From positions 651,426,538 to 651,476,557 of the forward strand of contig NC_133619.1 in NCBI RefSeq assembly GCF_048593235.1: 50,020 nt of DNA, written 5' to 3'. A model generated the notes under the pieces. It saw only the letters and a list, made by a program, of their open reading frames with translations. It had not been told where the DNA came from and did not search any database. Within the stretch, counting starts at the first letter, position 1. Every line of letters starts with the position of its first letter. Source of the DNA: Sminthopsis crassicaudata (taxonomy: Eukaryota). Position numbers and translations under genes: made by a program. Of the stretch, positions 27,811 to 50,020 are shown piece after piece.

Positions 27811-28361
27811 CTGAAACTCAGCACAGCCCCAGGGGGTCCCCAACGGGGCTCCTCCGGGCGCGTCCCTAAAGGCAATGGTCAAAAACCCTGATCTGGGAGC
27901 CCCGCGGGACCCCCAAGCTCTAACTGCCATTTGAAACCATGTAACGTTGGGGGCCCCCGAGAGTGTGAAAAATCTCAAAGGAGCCTAAAATGGAAGCGCC
28001 TCCAACCGAGGGGGTTCCCCTTAATATAACGAGCCCTTTCTCTGTCTGGATCCTCAGTTTCCTCATCTGCGAGATTCTTGGAGGTATTAGACTAGGCATT
28101 GTTGAAGGCCCTCCCCCTGAGCCTTTGGGAAGTGATCCTCAAACACGGAAAGATCCCAAAGCACAGTAAAATGGGAGGCGGGGGTGTTACTCGGGGGCGG
28201 GGTTTGCCCTATTTCCACCTAGCTCCTCCCTTCCTCGCCCCTGGGAAGGACCGGAGGAAGGTCCTCGAGGGGGATTGCCTAGAGGGAGGGAGCGGTTGGA
28301 GCGACCTGTCTAGTTCTAGGGTCCAGAAGGCCACCACCCACCTTGCAGGCGCGCCGCCTTA

Positions 28362-28881
28362 ACTACATCACCCATAAGTCACCGCGCCTCACACACACTG
28401 GTTCTGGAAGGCCACCGCTCCCTGGGCGCTGCTGGGAAGTGTAGTCCCACACCTTCCAGGAACGCTAGGGGAGAGGTTATCCCAGACCGGTCCGCTTTTC
28501 GTCGGCGAGCTGCTGTAAAGAATCTCTAAGCCCTAATCGAGCTCCGGGAGTGCGGGCCGGTCAGACAACGGCCATGTGGACCGTTCCCTTCTCCACGGAC
28601 CTCAGACGCCGCTCCCCGCCCCCGTTCTATCGGACGCTGATTGGTGGGCCCCCTAGGGGGTGGGCAGGGGCGCCTCTCTGTGACTCATAGGTCGTGGAAT
28701 CCCGGACTGAGACTGGAAGTCGTGGGAAACACCCGAGCGGGTCAAGCTCCTCTCCTCCCACGCCCCATTGCAACCGGAGAGGGCAGCGCGGCCCCAGGAC
28801 TACGACTCCCAGCAAGCCCTGGGACAGTTGCTTCCTTGACCGAGAGAACCCCGAACCTAGGGAGCTTCTGGGAGATGCAGT
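28362..28881. promoter_or_regulatory. CpG-rich promoter region upstream of IZUMO1 with four ACTACA-N-TCCCA (ZNF143/THAP11-type) motifs and a CCAAT box
   Basis: Motifs at 28362-28380(+), 28428-28445(-), 28799-28817(+), 28864-28881(-); gctgattgg at 28636-28644. Confidence 0.55.
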
Positions 28882-29999
28882 CTATCCCGTGCAGTGCGTT
28901 CCCCATTAGGACTAGGAGCGCCGGAGCAGAACCGGAGGGTGCTGGGGAGGTCCCAGAGGGGCGGACATGGGGAGGGGACCGGAGCGGGCGGGGCACTGGG
29001 GCCCGAGAGAATGGGAGTGCAGACGAGGCAGAGCCTTTGAGCCCCCGCACTCACAAATACTAGAATTTCCAGTTCTCCTGCGCAGGTCTCCTTGGAGGTG
29101 GCTGGACCCTTAACTCCCAGGAGCCTCTGGGGCTCAGACAACTTTGGAAAGAGTGAGGTTGAGGGGCCAGCTTCCTTGACTCTGGCCCCCCTCCCCCCAT
29201 CACAACGCCCCCGACCCCCAAAAAAATAAAGTCTAGAAAGTTCTACAAAGAAGGATTTTTTTTAATCGATTTTTTTTTTTGTTGTTGTTGTTGTTAAATA
29301 CAATGTTTCCTAATATTTAAGTCCCGGAGATGAATCCAGGAAGCTGACCACTCCTCTCTCTCCCCCGATCTTTTAGGCCCAAGTAGAACAGTCTGAGGCT
29401 GGCTTCTATACTCTGGTTCCCTTCTTCTTTCCCCTGGCGTAGGTGGGAAAACTGAGGCAGTGACAGGCCTGAGAAGGCCCCAGGTCTAGTCCAGAGTCTC
29501 TGTGTTGCTTGCTAGGACTAGCCAGCCCCTCCCCGGCTCTTCTGGCCTTGGTTTTCCCCTCCGTAAAAGGGAACGGGAGGTGAGGTGTGGGAGTTGGCAG
29601 CTCTTATGGCTCCGTCCCACAGTCAGCGGCTCTTCCTGGAAGGACTTCAACAATGTACCTACATTTTGCAAAATAAGGAAACTGAGGATCAAGCCGAGGC
29701 AGCCCTTCACCGAGGTCACCGCGGGCCAGGATGGGCACCCAAGTCTCCTACAGCTCAGTGCTCTTAGAATTGATAAACATGAGCATCCAGCAAGGGAGCA
29801 AGGGCTTGCCAGGCTTTGGGCGTCTCTCCCTGGGGGAAGACAAAGCCATCCCAAGTCTGGGGGCAGCAAGCCCTGGTCCATCCCCGGAGGCCGTGACCGA
29901 GGGCGGCCCAGAACCCGCAGGTGAGCTCTCTGTCCTCCCGCTGAGATGCCGGTTCTGTTACTGCGAGCGGCTCCACAGCGGGGAAAAGTCGCAGCCCAG

Positions 30000-31094
30000 T
30001 CAGTGCAGGAGCGGGGAGAGGTCTGCGGGGATGCCCATCCACTCGGGCAGGAAGGCAGCCTGGGGCTTGAACACCTTCAGGAACTGGGAGTCGGGGAGGG
30101 TGTAGTTGGCCAGGTAGATGGTCTCCCCCGCGGCCAGGTAGGCGGCCCAGTACCCAAAGGTGCCGATGGTCATGACCGTGTGGTTGCACTGAGTCAGCAG
30201 CGCGAAGTCCGAGCCAGGAGCCGCCTCGTCTCCGTCGCCGGCGAACACCACGTCTCCCTTGGAGGGGCTGATGTGCTCTCGGCACCACTCCATCCCGTTG
30301 CTGGTCACCACAAAAACCACGTCCGGGTAGCGGGCCCGGAACCAGTCCAGGGCCCGCTCCAGGTAGGCCGCGTCGGCCACCACGCCCCGCCAGTGCTTGG
30401 GCATCACCTTCACGTAGTCGCCCCTGCGGACGTGGACCCCCACGAAGACCAGGTTCCTGCCGCCGCCCCGGCTGTGGCGCACCCAGTGCAGGAAAGCCTG
30501 GGCGTCTTCTCGGACGTGCTGGTGCAGGGAGAACTCCCGGCTGATCTCGGCCCGCAGGTGGTGGTAGAAGGTCCAGGAGCAGGGGAAGCCCGTGAACCGC
30601 AGCTCGTCCCGATCCCCCAGGCGGCCGTACTCCTCGGCCATCCAGTCTCGGAGAGGGTAGAGGCTCCAGGGCACCCGGGAGGCCGCTGTGGCGTCCAGCA
30701 CCGGGAGCGTCAGCTTGAAGACCGGGGCCAGGGTGGCGTGCATGTCGGGCAGGATGAAGGCCTGCTTCCCGTTCAGCCTGGCCAGGGCGTACAGGGTGGC
30801 GTACTGGCCCATCTGGTTCCCGAAGCGCCCCTCCGGCTGGATGGTCCACATGCCCGGCTGGCGGCCGGCTTTGGGCCGGGGGGGAGCGGAGGAACCGTTG
30901 GCAGCTGGAGGGGTCCCCGGCAGGCAGAAGAAGGCCACTCGGGTCAGGCCGGGACACTGCTGCTCGCACAGAGTGGAGAAAACCCACCTGGGGGAGAGGC
31001 TGCCCCTCCAGAGGTGCAGCAGGAAGGAGGCGGCGGAGAGGAGCGAGGCCCCCACGAAGACCCAGCACAGCTGCCGGCGCGATGGGAGCCACAT
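30000..31094 (-). CDS. FUT1: Galactoside alpha-(1,2)-fucosyltransferase 1 (GT11), single coding exon, 364 aa
   Basis: N-terminus [10 protein letters not shown] plus type II TM; motifs [37 protein letters not shown]. Position between IZUMO1 and FGF21; non-coding exon donor near 31198. Confidence 0.93.
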   Translation of the reverse strand: MWLPSRRQLCWVFVGASLLSAASFLLHLWRGSLSPRWVFSTLCEQQCPGLTRVAFFCLPGTPPAANGSSAPPRPKAGRQPGMWTIQPEGRFGNQMGQYATLYALARLNGKQAFILPDMHATLAPVFKLTLPVLDATAASRVPWSLYPLRDWMAEEYGRLGDRDELRFTGFPCSWTFYHHLRAEISREFSLHQHVREDAQAFLHWVRHSRGGGRNLVFVGVHVRRGDYVKVMPKHWRGVVADAAYLERALDWFRARYPDVVFVVTSNGMEWCREHISPSKGDVVFAGDGDEAAPGSDFALLTQCNHTVMTIGTFGYWAAYLAAGETIYLANYTLPDSQFLKVFKPQAAFLPEWMGIPADLSPLLH

Positions 31095-31640
31095 GGCTGG
31101 GGAGAGCAGGCAGGAGCCGGGGCCCAGGGGGCCGTGCTGCCTCGGACGGGGAGAGCGGAGGCCGCGGAGCTGGGCCCTGGGCCCCGGGCTGACTCACCTG
31201 GGCTCCGGGCCGGGGGCACCGCTTCCCGGGGGGCAGTCACAGGCAGCTCTCTCCTGGGCTCCGCTGTCTCTGGCCGCAGGAAGGGATGGGGAGGCCGAGC
31301 TCCCGGCGCCCAGCTCCTCCTCCCCTTTACAGCAACCTCATCCCTTGGTTGCCAAGCAATTAGCGGAGCTCTGCTGCCTTGCCCAAGCCCTCAGTCCCTC
31401 AGGGGCCCAGCCCAGCGCACCCACGCCCCACTGGGAGTCTTGGGGTGCCGCCCCCGTCTCCATCCCTCAATCCTGGACACTTCCAGCCACAGGGAGGAGG
31501 AGGGAGGGGCAGGGACCCCAGAGCCCACCCTCAGGCCAAGGTGGGGGAGCGGGGAAGGGCTGGGGGAGCTGTGTTAGGGTTCAAAGAACTGGTTCCTCCA
31601 GTTTGGGAGGGCAGGGATGAGCATGAACGAGTGTCACATG

Positions 31641-33990
31641 ATTACATCATTTGTCTGCGAGAAGAGGGGTACCCCCAGTCCTAGAAGGACCCCGGCTTTG
31701 GCTTTCCCCCATCCATGGATCCCATCGTTTAATAAACATGAGGCGCCCACTGTATGCCAGCCCCTGGGCAAAGTTACCACCACATCTGGGGCTCTGGCCC
31801 CCCAGCCCAGGGGTCCCCAATCACCTCTCCCCGCCCCCCCATCCAGCCTCCCAACACTGGCCCCAAGGAGCCTCCTAAGGCCTGGGTTTGAAGTGTCACA
31901 CCCAGCAGTGGCGACCCTGGGGGGGGGGGGGCTGCAGGGCGCTCCAGAGCGCTCTGGGAGGTGGAGGGGGGAGCAGTCAAAGCCGACCCCCTCCCGCTCA
32001 GCGCGCCGCGGCGCCCCCTGGCGGCGGCTTGTTGGCCCTGGGAGCCGGCCCCCGGTTCTGGAAGCGTCCCTGCCCTTCGGCCAGCGGGGCTCACGGCCAG
32101 GGCGGTCAGTGACCCCGCGAGGGCTTCTGGGCCGGAGCGGCGAGAGCGGCGCTTCCCGGGAGGGCCGGCCACGGGAACAGATGGATGCGACCCCTGGCCC
32201 TGGCTGGGAGGAGTGGGGGTGGGGAGGGGGAGGGAAGAGCGCCTTCCAGGCCCCTCCCCCGCTGTGCTAGTACTAGTCAGCGGCTTTCAGGGAACCTGGA
32301 GCAGCTGCAGGGACGCCGGTGTGCACCGGGGCCGCCCAATGTTGCCTGCTGCTAGCCTTCCCTTCCCCTCCCCCCCTTCCTTCCTTCTTTCCTCCCTCCC
32401 TCCCTTTTTCTTCCNNNNNNNNNNNNNNNNNNNNNNNNNNNNNNNNNNNNNNNNNNNNNNNNNNNNNNNNNNNNNNNNNNNNNNNNNNNNNNNNNNNNNN
32501 NNNNNNNNNNNNNNNNNNNNNNNNNNNNNNNNNNNNNNNNNNNNNNNNNNNNCCCTGAAGCATTTGGGGTTAAGTGACTTGCCCAGGGTCACACAGCTCG
32601 TTAAGTGTCTGAGGTCACATTTGAGCTCAGGGCCTCCTGAGGTCAGGGCTGGGGCTCTACCCACTGCGCGCCCTGGCTGCCCCGCTTGTGAGCTTTCACC
32701 ACTGATTTTTCTAAGATTTCGAATTCTCAATTTCAGCTGTTTTTCTGAAGGCGGTCCTGCCCCTATCTCTTGTCAGGTGCTCAAGGCTCCAAGTCGTGCT
32801 CTGGGCCCCGTTTACAGCCTCCCATTCCCCAGATGCAGCCTCTGTCCCAAGTCCCAGGTGACCTTTCCCTCTCCCATCCGTCCCCTGGGGCGTCCCGGTG
32901 CTAGGTCCTTGGTTCCTTTCCTTCAGATTAAGGATCAAATGCATCCCGGATCTGACGTCCGGCACCCACGATGGTCACTGTTGCAACACTGGCCCCTTAG
33001 GAACCAGCTCTTTCCCCAGGGACCCATGGAGCCCACCTGCCTTCCCCCGCAATCCAATGCCCAGTACCCTCCCCTCCCCCCTTTCTGAAGGGTCCAGGGG
33101 CTCTAGTCACTCTGGCATCTGAGTTTCCAGCCTCTTCCCCTCCCCCAAGCCCTCAGAAGGATGTCAAGGAGTTTGAAGGCACCCCGGACTCCCCTCTACC
33201 TCCTCAAGCCCACCATAGCTTTAGGAGCCCCAAATGGCCTCACTTGCTTCTTCTTGTTCCCAGGCCCTAGTCCTGACCCTTCCCAGAGCCCCAGAGTCAA
33301 GGGTCAGCCTGGGGATTTTGCTCTGGGAAAAATCCCCAATGAAAGAAATGTGGCTATTGCATCAGGAGGCGGGGAGGCGGCCTCCGATTCGTGGGTTGTC
33401 CTCGTCTGGCCAGGCCCGCAGGGGCCCGGGCTTGCAGCTCTGAACCCGGCTCGGAGAGACCTTCCCCATCCCTGCACCTTGTCCCCTCCTTCCCCAGGAA
33501 CAGGCTCCACAAGCTGGGGAAGCAGAGGCCCAGGCCCCTCCTCCCCGAGGACCCAGTTTTGTGGGCCCCTGCCTTTTTGTGGGCACGAGAACAGGTCCCT
33601 TACTGCTCAGGCCCCTCCCTCTTAGAGATGGACATGTCCAGACCCTCCTCCTCTTGAGGACCCAGGTGTCCAAGGATCTGTGGATCCAGGTCTCTGCTTT
33701 CCCAGATTCAGGCCCCTGGATCCCACTTATTCCACAGCCAGCCGCTAAGCCCCGATTTCTTGGCGCACCGGCCCCCCTTCTCACGGACCTCAGTGTCTGG
33801 GCCCCTCCCTTCAGACACCTTGTGTCTGGAGCTCGTCTGCCTTTCTCAGAGACTCTGGGCTTCCAGGCCTCCAGGCCCCAGCCGTCAGGACCCCCAGTCT
33901 CAAGGGGTCTGCGTTCCCCTTTCAGGGCACTGGGCGTCTGAGCTCGCAGGGCCGTTGCCGCGCTTCCTGCCCCCCCTCCCGGTTGCATCA
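31641..33990. promoter_or_regulatory. Three C/EBP-ATF amino-acid response elements (AARE/CARE) between divergent FUT1 and FGF21
   Basis: ATTACATCA at 31641-31649, ATTGCATCA at 33356-33364, GTTGCATCA at 33982-33990; all match the reverse complement of TGATGxAAx. FGF21 is an established ATF4 target. Confidence 0.65.
32553..32684 (-). mobile_element. CORE-SINE (Mar1/WSINE1-like), partial, abutting an N gap
   Basis: ggggttaagtgacttgcccagggtcacacagc...tttgagctcagggcctcctgaggtcagggctggggctctacccactgcgc. Confidence 0.8.
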
Positions 33991-34101
33991 TCCCTGTGGG
34001 GTGGTGACTGCGCCACGGTGGAAGAGCTGATGCCGGCCAAATGGGTCAAGTTTCATGAAGATAGCAGGTGACCAGAGGTGGGCGGAGGGCCTGGACATGG
34101 G

Positions 34102-34107
34102 TATAAG
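34102..34107 (+). promoter_or_regulatory. FGF21 TATA-like box
   Basis: TATAAG ~110 bp downstream of the proximal AARE and 320 bp upstream of the ATG; nuclear-receptor half-site aaatGGGTCA at 34039-34048. Confidence 0.55.
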
Positions 34108-34421
34108 CCCCTGGGGCCTTCCCAGAGCAGCCACAGGAAATCCAGAGAAAGAGAGGGGAGGAACCAGACCCAGCCTGGACTCCAGAGCCCCAGGGAGCTG
34201 GTCTTCTGGACTCCGGTCCCCTTGGCCTTCCCAGCTTCCCCAGCCTCTCTGGCCTCCCCCCGCTCATCCCTCCTGCCAGGCCTTGGCGCACAAAGACCCC
34301 AGCAGGTGAGAGCCCAAGCTCTGGGGCCGAGGCTGCCGGGCTCCTGAGCATCTGGGCCCAGCGAGGTCTGACGCCGTCCTCAGGCCGGAGGCCCTCGGTT
34401 CTCCCTTCCACCGTGTCTGCA

Positions 34422-35665
34422 ATGGGCCCGAGGGAGCGAGCTCCCTGGTACCTGGCCCCTCTGCTGTCCTTGCTCCTGGCCTGCAGGGCCTCGGGCCACC
34501 CCCTCCCCGATTCCAGCCCCATGCTCCTGTTTGGGGGGCAGGTCCGCCTCCGGCACCTCTACACCGACGTGGGCCAGGAGGCCGAAGCCCACGTGGAGCT
34601 GGGGTCCGACGGCACAGTCCGGGCGGCGGCGCGGAGGAGTCCCAACAGTGAGTGCGGGGGGCCCGAGGGCTGGGCATGGGCCCCGGTACCCCGCAGGGCC
34701 CCTCACCCTCCCCTCCCCCAGGTCTCCTGGAGCTGAAGGCCGTGAAGCCGGGCGTCGTCCGAATCCTGGCCGTCCACAGCTCTCGGTTTCTGTGCATGAG
34801 GCCCAACGGGGAGCTGTACGGAGCGGTGAGGCCCCGGGCCCCAACTCTTCGCCGCCGAGTCCCAGCTCGATCCCAACTGTACTTTGAGTCCCATCCCTTT
34901 CCTGGCTCCTTCTGCCTTCACCCCCTTTCAGCACCTACTGTCCATCAGGCACTGGGGACGCAAAGCCGAGGCGAGACTGCCAGGACTTTCTAGGGGACCC
35001 CCAAATATCCCACCATTTCTAGGGAGTTTGGCAGAACACTTGAGTTGGGCTTGAAGGACATCAGAGATGAGCGGGTGCACCCCAGACAGGAAGGCTGGAT
35101 ATGGGAAAGGCCAGGGGGCAACTAGAGAATGTCGGGCTACACCGTGAAGGGCCTGGAGGTCCCCAAAGCAGTCAGGGCCGGAGGAGGGCGAGTCCGGCTG
35201 CTGGGCCAAGCTCACTCAGTGACCCGAGGGCGGCCCCTCTTTCTGCAATCGCCTCTCCTCCTGGGGCTCCTCAGCTTCAGCCACCACCTCCCCGCCCCCT
35301 GTCCCAGCTGTCCTGGGTGCCCCAGTGGCGAGGGCTGCCCCGGGGGCACCGCCCCTCACTGACCACACTCTGCCCCCTCGCCCCAGATACACTACGACCC
35401 TTCTGCCTGCAACTTTCGGGAGCGCCTGCTGGGAGACGGCTACAACGTGTACGAGTCCGAGGTACACGGGAGGACCCTCCGCCTGCCCCCCAAGGCCGCC
35501 CTGGGCCCGCCCGGACCTTCTCGCTTCCTGCCGCTCCCCGGCGACCAGCTGCCCGGCCCTGAGCCACCCTGGGCGCGGGGTCCCGAGCCCCCAGATGTGG
35601 GCTCAGCGGACCCCCTGAGCATGGTGGGGGGCTCGCAGGGCCGAAGCCCCAGCTTCTCCTCCTGA
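34422..35665 (+). CDS. FGF21: Fibroblast growth factor 21 (3 exons, 202 aa)
   Basis: Exons 34422-34647, 34722-34825, 35387-35665 (609 nt). Signal peptide then HPLPDSSPMLLFGGQVRLRHLYTD; SLLELKAVKPG; CNFRERLLGDGYNVYES; C-terminus DPLSMVGGSQGRSPSFSS. Confidence 0.96.
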
Positions 35666-35771
35666 GGCCGCTGCCCTCACCCCAGCCCGGGCGGGCCCTG
35701 GCCACTATTTATTCCGAGGGCTGGGCACCTCAAGCCTTATTTATGTCCCTTTTCTAGTTAGTCTTTTGAGC

Positions 35772-35777
35772 AATAAA
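35772..35777 (+). terminator. Poly(A) signal of FGF21
   Basis: AATAAA ~105 nt after the stop; AU-rich elements TATTTATT (35706-35713) and TTATTTAT (35737-35744) in the 3' UTR. Confidence 0.75.
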
Positions 35778-35909
35778 GCGCAATATCTCAGGAGCAGATG
35801 GGGTGGGGGCACTTTTTGGGCTTCCCAAGGGGAGCAGTCTGAAGGGTACCTGATGGAGGGGGGCCTGATGGAAGGGCCCAAAACAAGACAGTCTTTTATC
35901 CTTTGGCTT

Positions 35910-35915
35910 TTTATT
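35910..35915 (-). terminator. Poly(A) signal of BCAT2
   Basis: AATAAA on the minus strand ~320 nt after the BCAT2 stop. Confidence 0.7.
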
Positions 35916-36235
35916 TGGAAAATGCAGGAAAAAAATTAACTGCAACCTGGGCTTCGGGGGCTGGGGGCCCCAGCTGCTTGCGGGGAAGGTGCTGGGGAAC
36001 GGAGTGTGGCGCTCCCTGGGCGTGGGGAGCCGGGCCAGGCGCCTGGACGCTGACCACTATGGCTTTGGGAGTGTAGCTCGGCTCGGGGCCGCGGGGACCC
36101 AGGCGTCCCGGCCCCCCCGCCTGGAGGAGGATATTGCACTTGGAGTCTTTGGCTGAGGAGGGGGGAGGAGGCAGGGAGGGACAAGTGTCCGGAGACCAGA
36201 AGCGGGGAGGGCCCGAAGGAGGGGCCCCCGCCAGC

Positions 36236-47544
<11,309 letters not shown>

Positions 47545-48130
47545 GGTCTGTGCCGCCGAGAAGTGGGCCCGCCCGGGCCGGCGGCTCCGCCACGTTCAGT
47601 TCCGCCCGCCCCCGGGCCCGGCCCCACCCCCAGGGGCACGGCCCCTTTACCCTCCCCCAGCTTCTGTACCCCCCCGCCCCCCCAGCTGGCCACGCGCCCG
47701 CCTCCGCTCGGCCAATCAGCGAGCGCCTCGCGGCCCCTGCCCCCCGGCCCTACCGGGGCTGCGGCCGACGCCCCAGCGGCCCGGGACGACGTCCCCAAGC
47801 GACCCGCCCCCTCCCAGCGGGGGCCCGCGGCCTCGTTCCCACTCGCGCCTCTCCCTCCGCGCCCGGGCGCCCCAGTGAAGACTGCGGCTCGAGTGCGTCT
47901 CTGAGGTCGGGGAGGATCCTCCCTCTTTTTTTTTAATCTTGCCTAATTGGCAGTTAATTCCTCCTTCCCCGGGGACGCCATTAAGGGGCCCGTTAGCTCG
48001 CTCCAGGCCGGCCTCAGGTCTCCCAGTGGGGGAGCGGAGGGAGGCGGACTGGGGCGAGAGAACTCCGACCCGCCCGGGATCCTCCGCAGAGAGGGCCGCC
48101 CCCCCCCCGAAACTACATTCCCCATGAGGC
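47545..48130 (-). promoter_or_regulatory. CpG-island promoter of BCAT2
   Basis: CpG-dense sequence upstream of the ATG at 47544; GC boxes; CCAAT at 47712-47716; ACTACA-type motif at 48112-48130. Confidence 0.6.
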
Positions 48131-48475
48131 TCCGGGGTCCCCAGGCGGGGCGCAGCGCGAAGGTCCGCGGCGAGCTCCGAGGGGACATGCAGTCCCGCCT
48201 CTGGCCCGAGGGGGTGGGGGCCAGGAAATAAAATCGAGGGAGAAACGGTGTTTCCAATTAGTCAGACTGAAAGGCCCGGGGGAAGGGAAGGGCGCAGGAT
48301 CAGAGGGTCAAGGAGCTGGGGGAGGGGAGGGGCTGTGGTGGGGAAGGGCTCCTGCCCCTCTTCCTGGGGGGGGTCTTGGGATCGCAGGAAAGGAAACTGA
48401 GGTCTGGGGCACCCGGGGGCGGCCAAGGCCGGATTCCCGGGAGTGCGGCAGGTGCTGGGGGCGGAGCTCAACGGG

Positions 48476-49702
48476 TCACGTGACGGGCATCTTGCACCCG
48501 TAGCCCAGCTCGGCGCCCCCGGTCAGGGGCAGGTCCACTCCGGTGCAGAAAGAAGCGTGGAAGGCCAGGAAGACCGCTGCAGCCCCCACTTCGTCCGGCC
48601 TGCCCATCCGTCCCAGAGGCTGGGGGGGGAAGGGCAGAGGCTGAAGCCTGGGCGGGTCTCCGGGGACTGCCGACTCCCCCCCACTCCTGCCCTGCCCTGC
48701 CCTCCCCCGACTCCGCCCGGAGCCTACCTGCGCCCGCGCCCCTTCTCTCACAGTGGCGGAGGGGTCGGGGGTCAGGGCGGCCAGCTCCTCCCACAGTGGC
48801 GTCCAGATGTTTCCCGGGGAGATGCTGGGGAGGAGCAAGGTGGCCGCGAGAACCCTTAGCAAATGCTGATCGCCCCAGGCCCCCACGCCCCTGCCCGCGT
48901 GAGTGTCCTCAGCCAACCGCCCTTCCAGCTCCCTGACCGACCTCGGTCTCCCCAAACCTCCAATGCGCAGTCTCCAAGGCCCCCAGGTCCTCCAGCCCCC
49001 TTAGCCCAAGGTCCCCAGTCCCAGCCTAAAGCCATCGGCCATCCAACAGCTTCCCTACGGCTCGCCAAAGTGTCCTGGCCAGCCCAGCCTGCGGTCGCCC
49101 CAGCTTCTTCGGTTTTTGCCCCCCTCAGCCTTCCCCTGCCCAGCAACCCGCAGCCCCCCAAGCCCCCTTTCTGCCCTTCTCTTGCCCTGCCTCGCTGGTT
49201 CCAACATTCAGGCCCCTTCTGCCCATCTCCCATCCCGGCAGCCCTGGTCCCAGTCTGAAGCCCACCTTCCCAGGCCCCTCTTTGCTCTCACCCCCACCCC
49301 TCCCCCTCAGCCACTCACCAGTTGACCCGGACCCCGTGTTGACTCTCATCCAGAGCTAGGGCCTTGGTCAGGGCGGTCACTGCGCCCTAGGGGAGGGAAG
49401 ACAGAGTCCAGGCCTAGGAGAGGAGCCTTTGGTCCACTTAAGCCAAGAGGGACCCTGTGGGTGCGGCCACCTCCTCAGGCCCCGGGGGCCGTGGCCACTA
49501 GGCCCAGGCAGCGCCTTAGCCCCGGGACAGATTAGGACCCAGCTCCTTTGGTGCCTCATTGGCTGTGGCCGCCGGCCCGGCCCCTCCCACCCTGTACCTT
49601 GGTGGCCACATAGGCCGCAGCCTTCCGCTGCCCGATGGCGCCCACCAGGCTGGAGATGTTAATGATGCTGCCCCGGCTCTGGCGAAGGAAAGGAAGGGCC
49701 AG
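48476..49702 (-). CDS. HSD17B14: 17-beta-hydroxysteroid dehydrogenase 14 (SDR), last four coding exons; 5' part outside the window
   Basis: Exons 49598-49702, 49319-49386, 48728-48824, 48476-48619. IINISSLVG, catalytic [55 protein letters not shown]. Confidence 0.93.
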
Positions 49703-50020
49703 CTGTGGGGGGAGAAGCCAGTCAGTCCCGGCCCCCCCCCCCCCCAGGGCCTGCGCCTCCTGTGTCTGCCTGTCTATATGTGTGTGTGCTTGTCTGTCTG
49801 CAGGATCACAGAATGCCACAGCCAGTTTCCACAGATCACCCCCATTTCACAGATGAGAAACTAGCCCAGTCCTGTGGCAAGGCGCCCCCTCCCGCCCTCT
49901 GCCTTCCTCTTCCCAGAGGCTCCTCGCAGGCTCAGAGCGTGCCCTTTATCCCAGCTCTCTCTCACCTTTCCTGAAAACCGGGCAGGCGGCCAGCCAGCTG
50001 CCCTGGGCTCGGGCCTCGCC

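Noticed and set aside
29764-31577. 477-aa alternative-frame ORF and 543-aa antisense ORF over FUT1
   Set aside because: Shadow ORFs typical of very GC-rich coding sequence; no domain signature.
49961-50020. Donor-like site near the window end as the next HSD17B14 exon
   Set aside because: No frame resembles the expected ...NLLGTYTLTK segment; the upstream exons lie outside the window.

Overview
Very GC-rich vertebrate genomic DNA, almost certainly marsupial: it carries tRNA-derived CORE-SINE copies of the Mar1/WSINE1 type. The window is the block syntenic to human 19q13.33, in conserved order and orientation: MAMSTR(-), RASIP1(-), IZUMO1(-), FUT1(-), FGF21(+), BCAT2(-), and the 3' part of HSD17B14(-). 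I reconstructed exon chains by hand with GT-AG boundaries and consistent phases. The main surprise is an intact, intronless 614-aa RING/B-box/coiled-coil/PRY-SPRY TRIM gene nested antisense in BCAT2 intron 1, with a long acidic linker between RING and B-box. I know of no such gene at the eutherian locus. Other leads are a candidate unannotated spliced gene end at 722-1396, an orphan coding-like exon at 5173-5421, an IZUMO1 with no in-frame ATG and a stop codon inside its poly(A) signal, a FUT1 with FUT2-like residues, an FGF21 lacking the FAP-cleavage proline, and a probable homopolymer-error frameshift in RASIP1. Several large low-complexity repeats and N gaps explain most long spurious ORFs. 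Comparisons to human proteins and repeat consensuses are from memory, not database searches.
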